Below, one piece after another: positions 1 to 11,060 of a stretch of 27,542 nt of DNA (its first letter is position 1; each line of letters begins with the position of its first letter). Source of the stretch: a virus; UHGV virus genome UHGV-0297460, one strand, 5' to 3'. The position numbers and the translations under genes are program-made. The notes beneath the pieces are model-generated. The model was given only the letters and a program-made list of their open reading frames with translations. It searched no databases and was not told where the DNA came from.

Positions 1-318
1 CTCAAACTCTTCGGGGAATGCTGTAATAAGATTACGCATCTGCTCCCTGTCGCCGGACGCATAAGCATCCGCATAACCTTTCTGGAATGCCGCTTTACGC
101 TCCTGCTTTTGCTGCTGCTTATAAATATCAGCAACTCCAGCCAGACCACGAAGACCTGTCAGAGCAACGTTATTTGCACCTGATCGAGCCAGTTCATTGT
201 TTTCGCGGATCAGACCAAGCGTTGCGTTAATGTCGCTTGCCTTTGGCGCATTCTCATTTTGCGTACCGATGCCAGCCAGAAACCCACCAGAATTAATACC
301 CTGTTGCCACGTAGCCAT
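1..318 (-). CDS. Ejection (injection) protein, P22 gp20-like; N-terminal part only, gene continues beyond window start
   Basis: ATG at 316-318 on minus strand preceded by AAGGGG; own translation [58 protein letters not shown] resembles P22 gp20 N-terminus; sits after gp7 as in P22 order 14-7-20. Confidence 0.75.
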   Translation of the reverse strand, partial: MATWQQGINSGGFLAGIGTQNENAPKASDINATLGLIRENNELARSGANNVALTGLRGLAGVADIYKQQQKQERKAAFQKGYADAYASGDREQMRNLITAFPEEFE

Positions 319-328
319 TGATTACCCC

Positions 329-1021
329 TTAAAACAACGAGCCAAGCAGACCAAGACCAGCACCGATACCAGCACCCCACGGAGTTGATAGCTCGAGAGC
401 ACTGGCTATGCCACCACCCAAAAGCGCACCGGATGCAGCACCACTAACACCCTGCTGCAATGCTGACGGTCGGTTGGCGTTTGCCGCTGCAAGAGCCGCG
501 CTTTGCTGTGAAATCTGACTCATGTTGTTGGCATATGTTTGCCCGGCGTTTGCCTGCCCCTGAAGAGCGCCAAGACCGATATTTGCCAGGTTGTTGTAAT
601 TGTTCATTTGTCCAGATAGCCATTGCTGACCAAGCGTTGGTGCGATTGTTGCTAACTGATTACTGGTTGCGGTGGAACCCAATCCACCTGTTGCTTCCGC
701 TGCCGCCAGACTCTGATAGCGAGCCTGACCTGCAAGGTCTTTATACTGCTGAGAGTTGTAATACTGGTTAAGTGCCTGACCTTGCCCTTCCAGAGACGAT
801 AAGTTCTCAAGGCTGCCGACATACTTCCCAGCCAGAGGAGTAAACAGCTTCAGGTTGTTCATGATGGTGTTGAACTGCTGATTTTGCAGGTCTGCGGCAT
901 ACTTCTGAGCTTCTGCTGCATACTTTGCGCTTTTATCAGAACTGCCACCTTTCCCGCCTTTTTCAGGGTAATAAGGTTCCTCGCCGCGCAGTTTTCTGCC
1001 CAGCGTAAATGCATATAACAT
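329..1021 (-). CDS. Ejection protein, P22 gp7-like
   Basis: 230 aa ORF; position and composition (Gln/Ala/Gly-rich) match P22 gp7, recalled as about 229 aa. Confidence 0.8.
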   Translation of the reverse strand: MLYAFTLGRKLRGEEPYYPEKGGKGGSSDKSAKYAAEAQKYAADLQNQQFNTIMNNLKLFTPLAGKYVGSLENLSSLEGQGQALNQYYNSQQYKDLAGQARYQSLAAAEATGGLGSTATSNQLATIAPTLGQQWLSGQMNNYNNLANIGLGALQGQANAGQTYANNMSQISQQSAALAAANANRPSALQQGVSGAASGALLGGGIASALELSTPWGAGIGAGLGLLGSLF

Positions 1022-1023
1022 GG

Positions 1024-1479
1024 CTATCTCCCGTGATTCAGGAAGTCGATTAGTTCTTCGCGTGTGGCGCTGTAAAACGTCACGTCATCCACGCCTTTGA
1101 AGTATTTCTTGATGGTTCCTACACGCTTAAGGCCAATCATTGCGCAGTACATCTGCCCGTGGCGGAATTTGCGTGCAGCAAATGATGTGACGCACTGAAC
1201 GGTGGTGTTGGTCAGAATGTATCGCCAGAACGCCAGCCCTATTTCCTTGCTGAAGCCGCGAATCTCTGGCAGGTACATGGCGTGGCAATCGAATGTAAGC
1301 GGCTGAATCTCCTGATAGTAAACAATGCCGCCAAACTGACCGTGCACGTTCACCTCAAAGTAACGGCAATCAGGTTTGTAGTCGTATCCATCACCGTTGT
1401 TGCTCCCGGCGATGATGTCAGGGTGATTTCCTACTGCTTCGATCAGGTCGATGTTTCGCGTTGGTTTGAATGTAATCAT
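1024..1479 (-). CDS. P22 gp14-like virion protein
   Basis: 151 aa ORF between tail needle and gp7 genes as in P22 order 26-14-7. Confidence 0.7.
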   Translation of the reverse strand: MITFKPTRNIDLIEAVGNHPDIIAGSNNGDGYDYKPDCRYFEVNVHGQFGGIVYYQEIQPLTFDCHAMYLPEIRGFSKEIGLAFWRYILTNTTVQCVTSFAARKFRHGQMYCAMIGLKRVGTIKKYFKGVDDVTFYSATREELIDFLNHGR

Positions 1480-2180
1480 CAGTCAATCAGCCCATGTAAT
1501 CTAAGTGCTGTTTCAAGCGCCAGAATACGCTGCCGCGCCTGCTCCAAACCTGTAGCGATAGCTGCGACTTCGGATTGTGTGTACGTAGTGCCGACCGTGT
1601 ATGACTGGTTAGCGTTGAATGAGCCAAGAAGTGGTGTGCCTGTGGCCGCTGTCCATCCGGTCTGCCTTGCTCCAACGACCTGAATTCCATCAACTGAATA
1701 TGATGTTTTTACATCCAGCGGTGACGCAAGAGACTGCGATTCTGTTACGGTTTTCGATACGTAATCACTCTTAATGTCAGATATATCGCTTTCTACGCCA
1801 TCCAGTCTTTGGTCAACAGTGACCAGATGCGCCTGAATATCGATAACCTCATCCAGCAAGTAATCAACATCGCTACGCAGTACAACTATCTTCCCTTCGG
1901 CGGTTGTTAACCTGACCTCAAGGAGATTTATCGCTTTTGTGTTTGCGGTGATTCTTGCATCGTGGTCAGCCAGTTCGACATCCTGTTCATCGTTTTTCAC
2001 CTGAGCATCGTAAGCGCCCTGACCAGCCTGATTTGCTTTCCCGGCAATTGCGCCGACATCAGCCCCCTGATTAATGACATACAGCAGGTAAGACTGGCTG
2101 AATATATTGCGTGGAAGGATTGATGTATCGAGCCGCGTCGCCTGCACAATAACAGGGGTGTTGAGATTCGAATCAGCCAT
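1479..2180 (-). CDS. Tail needle protein, P22 gp26-like
   Basis: Internal start [25 protein letters not shown]... of the 267 aa track ORF gives 233 aa; coiled-coil heptads; C-terminus ...[12 protein letters not shown]; ATG at 2178-2180 overlaps gp10 stop (TAATG). Confidence 0.9.
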   Translation of the reverse strand: MADSNLNTPVIVQATRLDTSILPRNIFSQSYLLYVINQGADVGAIAGKANQAGQGAYDAQVKNDEQDVELADHDARITANTKAINLLEVRLTTAEGKIVVLRSDVDYLLDEVIDIQAHLVTVDQRLDGVESDISDIKSDYVSKTVTESQSLASPLDVKTSYSVDGIQVVGARQTGWTAATGTPLLGSFNANQSYTVGTTYTQSEVAAIATGLEQARQRILALETALRLHGLID

Positions 2181-3598
2181 TACTCGATCCTTATCTGGCA
2201 GCCAGACAGAGTGACAGGTGACTTCGTGATAACGCGCAATTTGAAGCCGACATTTTTCCTGATGCGCCCGACTCGCTTCCACAAAACGCGTTTGTCGTAA
2301 ACAAACGGTTCATTCTGCTCAATCATCTGCTCACGACCGTAATTGATGCCGTCAGTGGTTGCAGAGAGAAAAAGGCGGTCGGCGTACTGCGCAACGCCAG
2401 TTGAAGATTCAACTTCAAGGTCGAAAACTCTGGCGTTATCCGCTTTGAACAGAGGAGTAAACAGCAGATGCTCCTGTTGCTTGTCGTACTGGCTGCTGAT
2501 GTCGAATTGCAATTTCCCGGTCACGGACTCCAGCTTATCGCCGCACGTTATCTGATTGCCTTCGTAAATGAAGTCGATAGCGCGGTACACATCGTCATAC
2601 AGACCTGTTTTCAGTACACACCATTGCGGAGCATTGGCGCTTGAAGATGCGTCGTATACGAGGACATGGCGCGGAAGATGGATAATCAGCAGCTCATGCG
2701 CATCAAATCGCAGAGACTCCATCACACCATCAGCCAGTTCATCAGCAGTGTAGGAGCGAAGAATTTTCTCAATGCTCGCGCTGGCGATTGGTGACACCTG
2801 CCCGGAACCGATGATGTATACAGACGGCGCACCTGTTGCCGGATTGCTGATGAACGCATAGGAATCAGCGAATGGCGTTTTGCAATAGGTTCCGGCGATG
2901 CCTTTTTGCACCATCAGTGATGGCTGTGCGACATACAAAGCAGCACCAACGGTGGTTGCGCCAGTCAGGGAGAAATATTCAATAGTCGATGAACCAAAGC
3001 AGACGATGAAGTCTCGCCATGTCCCGATACCGATGATGCCGTCCGGCTGCGATTCTGCGCGATATTGTGCACTGTATCGGTCAGGGTGCGATTCGTCTTC
3101 AAGGTCAGTGATAAACCATGAATCAGTTCCGTCTTTTGACCACGCATAACGCCCACGTAAGCGAGTAATGTCGCGAACTGAACCTAACTCATACTGCGTG
3201 AATCCACTGTCTGTAGGCCAGTTTGAGACGGTTTTAACCGTGCCATCATAACGATACTCGACCAGTTGACCATTAACGCCTACAGCCTGTGATGTTCGAC
3301 CATGCGCCATTGATACGCGACCACTTCCGGCGACGTCACCAACTTCGCTTTCTCCTTTGTACAGCTTGCCGCCACACACGCGATAAACAGCACTCTGCGC
3401 CATGTTGTACTCGACGCCGCGCGATATACCATTCACATCAGAACGTTTGGCAATGCCCGGGAATGAGCGAAGATATCCGCTGCTGTTCAGGATTTCTTTG
3501 GGCGTAGCCAACATATTCACTGGCAGATAGTCGATATAGTCGGCGTTTCGAAAGTCTTTGCCGACACCTTTCATAAGCGGAAGTTGCTGAATCGGCAT
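2180..3598 (-). CDS. Tail accessory (head completion) protein, P22 gp10-like
   Basis: 472 aa, [49 protein letters not shown]... near-identical in pattern to P22 gp10 as recalled. Confidence 0.9.
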   Translation of the reverse strand: MPIQQLPLMKGVGKDFRNADYIDYLPVNMLATPKEILNSSGYLRSFPGIAKRSDVNGISRGVEYNMAQSAVYRVCGGKLYKGESEVGDVAGSGRVSMAHGRTSQAVGVNGQLVEYRYDGTVKTVSNWPTDSGFTQYELGSVRDITRLRGRYAWSKDGTDSWFITDLEDESHPDRYSAQYRAESQPDGIIGIGTWRDFIVCFGSSTIEYFSLTGATTVGAALYVAQPSLMVQKGIAGTYCKTPFADSYAFISNPATGAPSVYIIGSGQVSPIASASIEKILRSYTADELADGVMESLRFDAHELLIIHLPRHVLVYDASSSANAPQWCVLKTGLYDDVYRAIDFIYEGNQITCGDKLESVTGKLQFDISSQYDKQQEHLLFTPLFKADNARVFDLEVESSTGVAQYADRLFLSATTDGINYGREQMIEQNEPFVYDKRVLWKRVGRIRKNVGFKLRVITKSPVTLSGCQIRIE

Positions 3599-3607
3599 TT
3601 ATTCACC

Positions 3608-4069
3608 TCACGTACTCGGATCATCTTTCTCGATGTAAAACCGATTCCACGTAAACGCGCTTTTGTTACCACTACCGCGAGGCATGTCATTTCGCCGCTC
3701 AAGTGGTGGTATTTTGGTTAAAGCGATACAGATTGTCTGATATGCACTGTCAGCAGCGGTAAGGAGAGCGTCTGACGGCTGAATGACGTTATCCATGCAC
3801 ACTTGCACAGCGAGTTTCAAAGCGACGCCATCATTTGCCCATGCAGGGATGCCTGAATCATCGTCAGGTAACGGCATGATGCCGTTTTCTGTATCAGCAA
3901 ACTGATACCCAAGCTCGATACCTTTCGCCTGCCATGCTGCCATCATGTCTTCGAGGTCATTAATGGCATCTTCAATTGCCTGAGGGTCAGCATCTGTCAA
4001 CGTGGCATTGGAATACAGCCCGGCTTTTCGTAAAGCCTTTAGAACGAGATCACCCTTCGTTTTCGCCAT
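3608..4069 (-). CDS. Tail accessory protein, P22 gp4-like
   Basis: 153 aa, MAKTKGDLVLKALRKAGLYSNATLTDADPQAIEDAINDLEDMMAAW... matches P22 gp4 pattern; position between coat and gp10. Confidence 0.85.
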   Translation of the reverse strand: MAKTKGDLVLKALRKAGLYSNATLTDADPQAIEDAINDLEDMMAAWQAKGIELGYQFADTENGIMPLPDDDSGIPAWANDGVALKLAVQVCMDNVIQPSDALLTAADSAYQTICIALTKIPPLERRNDMPRGSGNKSAFTWNRFYIEKDDPST

Positions 4070-4238
4070 CTTCTTCCGCCTTAGCCACTTTTTGCTTCGT
4101 TGCGGTTTCTTCAGGAGTTTTTACCCAACCTTTTTTCAGGTGAGATTTAACTTCTTCGTCATCAACAATGATGTAATCGACAGCAAACTGACCGCAGGTG
4201 ATCATGTTGCCTGGCTTATAGAGCATTGTTCGTGCCAT
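4050..4238 (-). CDS. Small hypothetical protein (62 aa)
   Basis: Internal ATG (MARTMLYKPGN...) of 75 aa track ORF preceded by GGGAGAAG; lies between coat terminator and gp4. Confidence 0.45.
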   Translation of the reverse strand: MARTMLYKPGNMITCGQFAVDYIIVDDEEVKSHLKKGWVKTPEETATKQKVAKAEEDGENEG

Positions 4239-4250
4239 TGTCTTCTCCCA

Positions 4251-4272
4251 ATAAAAATGGGGCCGAAGCCCC
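4251..4272 (-). terminator. Rho-independent terminator just after coat gene
   Basis: Minus-strand GGGGC-ttcg-GCCCC hairpin followed by ATTTTTATT. Confidence 0.6.
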
Positions 4273-4279
4273 ACCAAAA

Positions 4280-5533
4280 TTACTGCCCAGCAATAACGAT
4301 GCCCGTATATTCAGGAACCAGTACAGAGCAACCGTACAGAGTGGTGAAACGCGCAGTGGTTACGCCTTTGATGTGGTCGAAGGAGTAAGACATGATCAGC
4401 GTAGCGCCCTGCTCGGTGGTTGCTGTCATTACCTGTGGACCCTGACCAGTTGGGAACGCCAGTTTGCCGTACATCAGTTCAACAGAACCATCAGCCCAGA
4501 ACAGGTTAGCAGGTGCTGCGTTCTTGTTGAGAATGGTGATTGCTGCTGATTCTGCCGGTTTGGCATCGACGTTTGCATATGGACGACTCGCAACATCAGT
4601 ATTTTCAACAGGGAGAATCTTTGGAGAAATTGTTACGGTAGTTCCGCTAACAGCCAGAACACGGAATACCTGCGGTTGACCGGTGGTATCTTTTGTGATC
4701 TGGTGTACGGAATTCACACCGGCAATGGTGAACGCATCACCAACCTGCAAGCCAGATGCAGATACCGTAATAGTCCCCTGTCGGTTATCAACTGGCATAC
4801 CATTTGAATCTTTCGCTTCAACCTTGTGTTCAGGTTGGCCTGATACTGTCAAGGATTCAGTGCTTCCTTTCGGTAATCGACCAGAAATATCGGTCTTGTA
4901 GCTATCAAAGGAAGCAACCGGAGGGATCTGCGCTTTTTCGTATGCTGTCAGGGTTGCGCCCTGAGCGTAGGCTCGGTGACCAAGCTCGCCAGCAAGGTCT
5001 TTGTAGTTGAAGGGGTTCCAAAAAGAGCGGCGGTTGATACCCTGTGGCACACCAATCGCCGTCATGGTGGCATCAATACCTGCCGCACAGTTCCACAAAT
5101 CACGGCCCTGTGAACCAGTGGTTGAGTCAGCCATTGTGATCACGTTAGTAGCACGCTGCGTGACCATGGAAATCAGGTCAGAGTCAATCTGTGCAGCAAG
5201 GCGCATACCTGCGGCGCGACCAGCTTCAGTTTTATGCTCAGGGTCACGCATTTCACGCGCATCCAGAGTGTACAGAATGTTTTTCGGCTCCTTGAACACT
5301 GAAGGAACAAGGCGCTGAACCAGTGCTGTTGGCGTTTTGCTGCTGAGGTCGAGGCCTTCCTCAATGTTCATGTGGTAATGCTGCGGACGATACAGAACAT
5401 CACCTGCTCGCTGCATTGCTGTATCACCGGGACGGAATTTTTTAGCGTTACGGGAAACTACGCAGGCGGCCTCAAAGCCTTCAACGTAGTTTTCGAACAT
5501 GATTTCAAGGTCTTTTGCTAATTGGTTATCCAT
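4280..5533 (-). CDS. Major capsid (coat) protein, P22 gp5-type
   Basis: 417 aa; shares landmarks with P22 coat (AKKF/Y..P....MQR near N-terminus, C-terminal ...LYGCSVLVPEYTGIVIAGQ versus P22 ...GVGLPGQTA); follows scaffold gene. Confidence 0.85.
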   Translation of the reverse strand: MDNQLAKDLEIMFENYVEGFEAACVVSRNAKKFRPGDTAMQRAGDVLYRPQHYHMNIEEGLDLSSKTPTALVQRLVPSVFKEPKNILYTLDAREMRDPEHKTEAGRAAGMRLAAQIDSDLISMVTQRATNVITMADSTTGSQGRDLWNCAAGIDATMTAIGVPQGINRRSFWNPFNYKDLAGELGHRAYAQGATLTAYEKAQIPPVASFDSYKTDISGRLPKGSTESLTVSGQPEHKVEAKDSNGMPVDNRQGTITVSASGLQVGDAFTIAGVNSVHQITKDTTGQPQVFRVLAVSGTTVTISPKILPVENTDVASRPYANVDAKPAESAAITILNKNAAPANLFWADGSVELMYGKLAFPTGQGPQVMTATTEQGATLIMSYSFDHIKGVTTARFTTLYGCSVLVPEYTGIVIAGQ

Positions 5534-5551
5534 GCTTAATGCTCCGATAGG

Positions 5552-6445
5552 TTATTTTTTTGCCTTTTTAGCGGCGAAATACGGCGTCCAGTCACCAGTT
5601 TCCAGCGCCTTGGCTTTCAATTTGTCGAGGTTGTTGATTACTGCGCCGTTGCTCCCCTTAACCGTCGGGGTTGTGGCTGCCGTGGTTTTTGCTTTTGGCA
5701 TGATTCTGGCCTTCGATTCGATACGTTCCAGCAGACGACCAATTGCTACGGGGTTGGTAGCTTCTGCCAGTTGCTTGCGCAGTTCAGCGTTGCGACCAAG
5801 CGCCAGAACAACGATTTCCGGCTTCTCTGACTCAAACAGGATCGCGTTTTGTGTCTCGATGGGGATTTCCTCGAGTACGGCCTGCTCAGCTTCCTGATAG
5901 CCAGGAACTTTGAGAGCCTTAACACGTTGCTGATATTTGGATAATCGCTCTTGATAGGCAGCCTGAAGCTCCTGCTCCTTCTGCTTGCGAGCCATCTCCT
6001 GTTGCTGGTACTTGCCATTATCCTCTGCCCACTTAGCCATGCGTTGCTGGTAGATTTCTTCATCGAAACCGATGTCCTCATCATCCAGTTTTGGCATTCG
6101 CGGTGGTTGAGTGATTACCGGCTGCTGCTCGACGGGTTTCTGAGACTGACGCATCAGCTCTTTCAGCTCGCGGTCTTTCTCTTTAATCGTCTTGCGCAGG
6201 TGTTTTACCAGTCCATGCTCAGCGCCATCTTCGCTGGTTGGCGAATCCAGCTTTTCGTCACCAAAGTAGAATTCCTGTTCTGATTCGTCGTCATCAGTTT
6301 CAGTAGCCTCCTCTGCATCATTGCCTGAGGACTCACTGCCATCTTCTGTTTCGACTTTTTCAGCCAGTTCGACATCATCAGGAATCTGCTCTGACGCGTC
6401 GGTTTCGATTTCAACTTCTGGTGTGTTTTCTGCCATCTGGTCCAT
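5552..6445 (-). CDS. Scaffolding protein, P22 gp8-like
   Basis: 297 aa, highly acidic N-terminus, Gln/Glu/Lys-rich coiled-coil, basic C-terminal helix ...GDWTPYFAAKKAKK; between portal and coat. Confidence 0.85.
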   Translation of the reverse strand: MDQMAENTPEVEIETDASEQIPDDVELAEKVETEDGSESSGNDAEEATETDDDESEQEFYFGDEKLDSPTSEDGAEHGLVKHLRKTIKEKDRELKELMRQSQKPVEQQPVITQPPRMPKLDDEDIGFDEEIYQQRMAKWAEDNGKYQQQEMARKQKEQELQAAYQERLSKYQQRVKALKVPGYQEAEQAVLEEIPIETQNAILFESEKPEIVVLALGRNAELRKQLAEATNPVAIGRLLERIESKARIMPKAKTTAATTPTVKGSNGAVINNLDKLKAKALETGDWTPYFAAKKAKK

Positions 6446-6535
6446 TTGTTACCCCTGTTTACTCGATGTTCAGCCCATCGGAAGGCAATAGGGTGCCAGG
6501 CCTCATAAAGACAGCCATTGCACGTTATGGGTTAA

Positions 6536-8734
6536 TTACTGCTGTGGTTGTTGCTGAGTTGATTTTTGCAGGATGCTGCTGATGTCCATGCGCTGCGCAT
6601 GGCCCTGTGCCTGACTTTTCAGGACAAGCTCTGCATCAGCACGGGCATTGTCTCCTTGCTGTTGCTGGAACTGTCCGAGCAGTTTCAGAGCCTCGCGGAT
6701 ATCAGATTTCTGCTGGCTATCGGCAGATGCGAGGATTTTCACAACATTTGCCGCTGCAACCTGAGCATCAGTCTGTGCCTGGAATGCTTTAACCTGAATG
6801 GCTGCCTGCTCGTTCTGCGCTTTCTGCAATTCAGCCTGACCAGCAAGAAGCTGACCTTGCGCAGCAACCATAGCCGGATCTGGCTGACTGGCCTGTTGTT
6901 GTTTCGCCTGCTCAACCATCTGCTGTTCTTCTGGCGTTCTCGGCTTGATAACTCCAGACAGAAGCAACTGATTGCGGTTGTATTCTTTAAGGTCGTCCAT
7001 CCCTTCGCCGTCCATATTGTCGAGGATCATCGACGATACAAGGTCGTGTTTCGGCGTTCCGGGCGGGATAAGTGCCAGCATGGAAAGTAACGACTTAACC
7101 GTTGCGTCACGGCGAGTAGCGAACGACTGACCGACATCGACAGTCACTTCATAGTTACCCTGCGAAAGGTCGTTAAGCGCGATAACCTGCCCTGTCTGAC
7201 GGTCAACCACTTCACCAGTCATCAGCGCCACGTCATCGCTGCCGTCCTCATTAACGATACGCATCGGCGTATCGCTGCCATAGACTTCACGAGCCATAGA
7301 AAGCCACACAACGCCAGCGCGACGCATGGATTTAGCCATGTTGTCCATGTAGATATAGGACTGCGTATCCATCCGGTTAAAGATGCTATCAACGGTATCG
7401 GTAGCAACGTTGCTCGGCATGTTCTCAAGCTGCGACGCACCTGTAATTTGCTGAATAGCCGTTCCGGTGTACTGCAATAGCCCGGCAAGAGCTGGAGGCA
7501 TTTGTGTCGGAGGCGTATAACTGCTGACCTGAGCCTGCGCAGTAATATCTCCGTTTTTGTTTTTCAGACTGACCATCGGCAGGAACGCCGGGCGCTTTTT
7601 GTTGCGCTCCGCCCAATGAGTGGCGAGAGGACCAGGAATCATGTCAACATCAACTACAGGAATGCCATCACCGCCAGCCTGAGTAGCGTTATCTGCAATC
7701 ATGGAAACCATCAGGTTCTCAAGACGCTGTGCATCCATCGCTTTTGCTGCGTGGCCTTCGATTCGTTCCTGATTATCAACAAATGAGCGACGTCCATATA
7801 CCGGGATGAGAGGAATATGTTCGCCCGGAATACGCTTCGGTTCTTCCAGCCATTCAGCGCCAGACAGAAGGCCGCAATAAACGCGGCGTTTCTTCACCGT
7901 TCGCTCGCCAATCAGTTCGAATGCACCATCGGTCAGCTCGTCGACAATATCTTTGATTTGCTCTTCATCATAGATTGCCGTTTCTCCGCTAACAGGGTTG
8001 CGCCATGCCGTGAGCTTCACCTTCTCTATGCGAACTTCGTAGTAGCGCCCAACATAGATGGCATCTGGCGTTGACCAGTCATATTGAGTGCCAGTCTCAT
8101 CACGAGAAAGGCCTGCCGCGATGGAATCAGGGTATTCAGCCTCGAACGCTTTAGGCGTCATGGAGAACATTTCCATAGCCCACATAGCATCAGAACGGTC
8201 ATATTGCTTGCTGTCCTGATCGAAGAAGACGCATGTCGCTGGGTCGTAAACAGGAAGAAGGCTGATGCGTCGCTGCTCGTTACTTGGGTCCATTTCATCT
8301 TCGTAATCGGCACACATGCGGAAACAACCGAATCCGCCCGTTACAGCATCATCAAATGCGTTATCACACGCTTCGCCACCTGATGTTTCCTGATAGTCAG
8401 CGCGGAATTTGCCGTTCATCTTTTTGGCTAACGCTTCCGATGCCTTGTCATCCTTCGGCCTGAATTTAACGCTGATGCGATTCTGTCGATACTCGCCAAT
8501 GATGCGATCACATTCACGGGCAATCTTATTCAGTTCAAAGCGCGGGTAATGCTCAAACCTGCCTTCATCAAATGAGTAACCAGCGTTTGTGCTGCCTTCC
8601 CACTGTGCGCCGGATACCCGGACGAAACGTTGAGCCTCAATAATCTGCTCACGCATATCCTGCGTTGCTGACCAGGCATTATCAAAGTTGCACAGCACCT
8701 TGCGATGCCAGTCAGTCATCTTTTTTTCTGCCAT
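6536..8734 (-). CDS. Portal protein, P22 gp1-like
   Basis: 732 aa with Gln-rich C-terminal barrel region; directly downstream of large terminase. Confidence 0.9.
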   Translation of the reverse strand: MAEKKMTDWHRKVLCNFDNAWSATQDMREQIIEAQRFVRVSGAQWEGSTNAGYSFDEGRFEHYPRFELNKIARECDRIIGEYRQNRISVKFRPKDDKASEALAKKMNGKFRADYQETSGGEACDNAFDDAVTGGFGCFRMCADYEDEMDPSNEQRRISLLPVYDPATCVFFDQDSKQYDRSDAMWAMEMFSMTPKAFEAEYPDSIAAGLSRDETGTQYDWSTPDAIYVGRYYEVRIEKVKLTAWRNPVSGETAIYDEEQIKDIVDELTDGAFELIGERTVKKRRVYCGLLSGAEWLEEPKRIPGEHIPLIPVYGRRSFVDNQERIEGHAAKAMDAQRLENLMVSMIADNATQAGGDGIPVVDVDMIPGPLATHWAERNKKRPAFLPMVSLKNKNGDITAQAQVSSYTPPTQMPPALAGLLQYTGTAIQQITGASQLENMPSNVATDTVDSIFNRMDTQSYIYMDNMAKSMRRAGVVWLSMAREVYGSDTPMRIVNEDGSDDVALMTGEVVDRQTGQVIALNDLSQGNYEVTVDVGQSFATRRDATVKSLLSMLALIPPGTPKHDLVSSMILDNMDGEGMDDLKEYNRNQLLLSGVIKPRTPEEQQMVEQAKQQQASQPDPAMVAAQGQLLAGQAELQKAQNEQAAIQVKAFQAQTDAQVAAANVVKILASADSQQKSDIREALKLLGQFQQQQGDNARADAELVLKSQAQGHAQRMDISSILQKSTQQQPQQ

Positions 8735-8735
8735 A

Positions 8736-10151
8736 TCAACCTACACCACAAGGAATTGAGTAACTGGAATAGTCGGGTTGCGCAGCCGACTCCGGGCAAT
8801 GCATACACATCATCAGCGCATCAGCCAGGTTAGGAGATGGGATACCGAGCTTCTGCTTCATTTCGACCTTAGTCATAAGCTCCAGTTTCCCGTTATTATT
8901 GAATTTGCGCTGAATCTGCGTCAGTTCTGCAAACAGTTTCTCCAGCATCTTCTCGCCTATCGCTTCTTTGTCGAAGCTCAGCATGTCGTCGGGGTCTGCA
9001 TACTCACCGTGGACAACCGCCCGATATGTCAGATACAGCCTGTCAGCCAGCGCGTAATAGAATTGCGCTCGCTTATTGCGGAATACATCGCCAATAGTGC
9101 GAACGTTGTCACCCTGTACGACTTCATCAGCCCATGCTCCGGCCTGATACGGAGCATCTTCATCGAATGGCGATTCGCTGCCCTTGAACATCGTGGCGGT
9201 AATTTTCTTGCCGGAGAATGCTTCCGTTGTCTGTCTGCGTAGCCCTGCACCGACACCATCGCCATCCCACAGGTAATGGTCAGCGCCGTCTTCAATCGCC
9301 AGCGAAGTAGCCCAGTCAGCACCCTCGTTGATGTCCATCAGCAGACCTTCGGCAATGCGCTTAACTACCGAACCGTGACGCGATGCATAACCTTTAGCAT
9401 CTGGCCCTGTATCTGATGGGTCATGCGCAGAGACAACAGCGCCTTTCGCTTTCCATCCGAGTTTCTTGTGCGCATCGGTTGCGGCTTCAAGCCATTCACG
9501 TTTGATGATTGCCATATCACTTGCGCTTACTGGCTCACCAAGCCAGATGTGACGATACAGTGTCGGGTTTCTGCGTTTACACTCTTCCATCTCCAGACGG
9601 AGAACTTCAGGAAAGTGCGGGTTGTCGGTGTAGTTCACCGTCAGCAGACAAATATCATCGGGAGGGTTTACTACGAATCGCTGATAGGTATCGTCGAGGA
9701 TGTTTTTCGGGTTGAAGCTCACCCATATTTCGGAAAATGGCTTGCGGATGGTTGGTATCAGGATATCCCATGATTCCTTCGTTACCGCTTCCGCTTCCTC
9801 CACCCAGCAGATATCAATGCCTTCGAGCGATTTAATCTTCGTCGGGTTGTTTTTGATGCCGTAGAACATGAACTCAGCATTCGTCCCGAGATGACGAATC
9901 ATGGAACGCTGAATTTCAAACTCAGCCGTATACCCTTCACGCTCTATGGTGTCTTCAAGCAGCCGGATTACCGAATCGCTGATACTGTTTTGCAGTTCAC
10001 GAGCGCAGAGAATACGCACTGGCTGCCGACGCGCCGCTTCAACAAGCAGTCTCGCAATTGCCCATGATTTACCGCTACCTCGACCGCCTTTGGCGACTTT
10101 GTAGCGATGCGCCTCAATGAACGGTTCAAAGATAGGATTAATCGAGGTCAT
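8736..10151 (-). CDS. Terminase large subunit
   Basis: 471 aa; Walker A-like KVAKGGRGSGKSWAIA near N-terminus; overlaps small terminase stop. Confidence 0.9.
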   Translation of the reverse strand: MTSINPIFEPFIEAHRYKVAKGGRGSGKSWAIARLLVEAARRQPVRILCARELQNSISDSVIRLLEDTIEREGYTAEFEIQRSMIRHLGTNAEFMFYGIKNNPTKIKSLEGIDICWVEEAEAVTKESWDILIPTIRKPFSEIWVSFNPKNILDDTYQRFVVNPPDDICLLTVNYTDNPHFPEVLRLEMEECKRRNPTLYRHIWLGEPVSASDMAIIKREWLEAATDAHKKLGWKAKGAVVSAHDPSDTGPDAKGYASRHGSVVKRIAEGLLMDINEGADWATSLAIEDGADHYLWDGDGVGAGLRRQTTEAFSGKKITATMFKGSESPFDEDAPYQAGAWADEVVQGDNVRTIGDVFRNKRAQFYYALADRLYLTYRAVVHGEYADPDDMLSFDKEAIGEKMLEKLFAELTQIQRKFNNNGKLELMTKVEMKQKLGIPSPNLADALMMCMHCPESAAQPDYSSYSIPCGVG

Positions 10152-10588
10152 TTTCCGAATAGAGTACTCATCGGTGATGTTTCAATCTGGATTGCGCCGC
10201 CGTCTTTGCCTGTTAGCTCGTGATCAACCTTGTCGCGCCATTTATCCTTCTGTCGGTTCTTAAGCCAGAAGATGGCAGCTGTTGTATCAGGCGGGTAATA
10301 CTTCTCAAGAGGAGTTTCGACAATTCTGTTTTCAATAACACGAATATCGATGTCTGGAGCCACGAAGCCCATAGCGCGTTGATAAAGACGGTCACTAACT
10401 TCTGCATCAGCGACGGCCTTACCCTTTTTTATGGACTCCGAAAACTCAGGATAATCAAGCTTCCACTTGTTAATAGTTGACTCACTGACTTCGAAGAAAT
10501 CAGCAAGCTCTGCATCGGTGTAGCCCAGCAAGCACAGTTTGCGTGCCTGTTCGGCATACGCCTCTTGATACTTTGTTGGGCGCGCCAT
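10148..10588 (-). CDS. Terminase small subunit
   Basis: 146 aa, HTH-like N-terminus, C-terminus ...KDGGAIQIETSPMSTLFGK recalled from Sf6/P22-like small terminases. Confidence 0.8.
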   Translation of the reverse strand: MARPTKYQEAYAEQARKLCLLGYTDAELADFFEVSESTINKWKLDYPEFSESIKKGKAVADAEVSDRLYQRAMGFVAPDIDIRVIENRIVETPLEKYYPPDTTAAIFWLKNRQKDKWRDKVDHELTGKDGGAIQIETSPMSTLFGK

Positions 10589-10590
10589 GT

Positions 10591-10833
10591 TTATGCTCCG
10601 GTGGTGAACAGGTCTAACGCTTCCTTCGATTTACGCACCGCTTCGATAGTGCGGGTCGTGATATCTGAATTAGCGCCGCCTGACTGGAAGTGAATTTTGA
10701 ATAGCTCAAGCTTCAGTTCGTCAGTGCCAATGAACTGAAATGCTTCCTCTGCGGCTGCGTTCTGGTTCATGACCAGCTTGTAAATCTCTAACTGGAATTT
10801 CTGTTCTTCAGTCATGGGAATAATCTCTGCCAT
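10591..10833 (-). CDS. Hypothetical protein (80 aa) upstream of small terminase
   Basis: ORF separated by 2 nt from small terminase start; no family recognised. Confidence 0.5.
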   Translation of the reverse strand: MAEIIPMTEEQKFQLEIYKLVMNQNAAAEEAFQFIGTDELKLELFKIHFQSGGANSDITTRTIEAVRKSKEALDLFTTGA

Positions 10834-11060
10834 TGTTGGCTCCGTTTATCCGTTAAAAGGGATATCAGTTAAGTTATCCCGTGTAGGGTATAAGCCATTG
10901 TCGAGACCACTCATTGAATGGTCTCTGCAATAACCGATGTCTTTCCATCAGTCCGCCACCACAAAGAATCTTTTTTGCCATAAGGCAGGAGGTTCATCTT
11001 TCAGTGGCTGCCAGTGTTATTTCCCCACTTTCTGGCTTGGGTTGTTTCGCTGTACTGCCG

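Noticed and set aside
197-388. 63 aa plus-strand ORF at the window start
   Set aside because: Antisense to the gp20 and gp7 coding sequence.
6566-7090. 174 aa plus-strand ORF inside the portal gene, and similar long antisense ORFs (8778-9242, 9423-9773, 25306-26103)
   Set aside because: They lie antisense to well-supported genes, are rich in Leu/Ser/Arg typical of antisense frames, and lack RBS context.
10834-11060. Hairpin GAGACCA-ctcattgaa-TGGTCTC in the intergenic region, as a terminator
   Set aside because: No U-tract on either strand; may still be a regulatory or packaging-related structure, but there is no support for termination.
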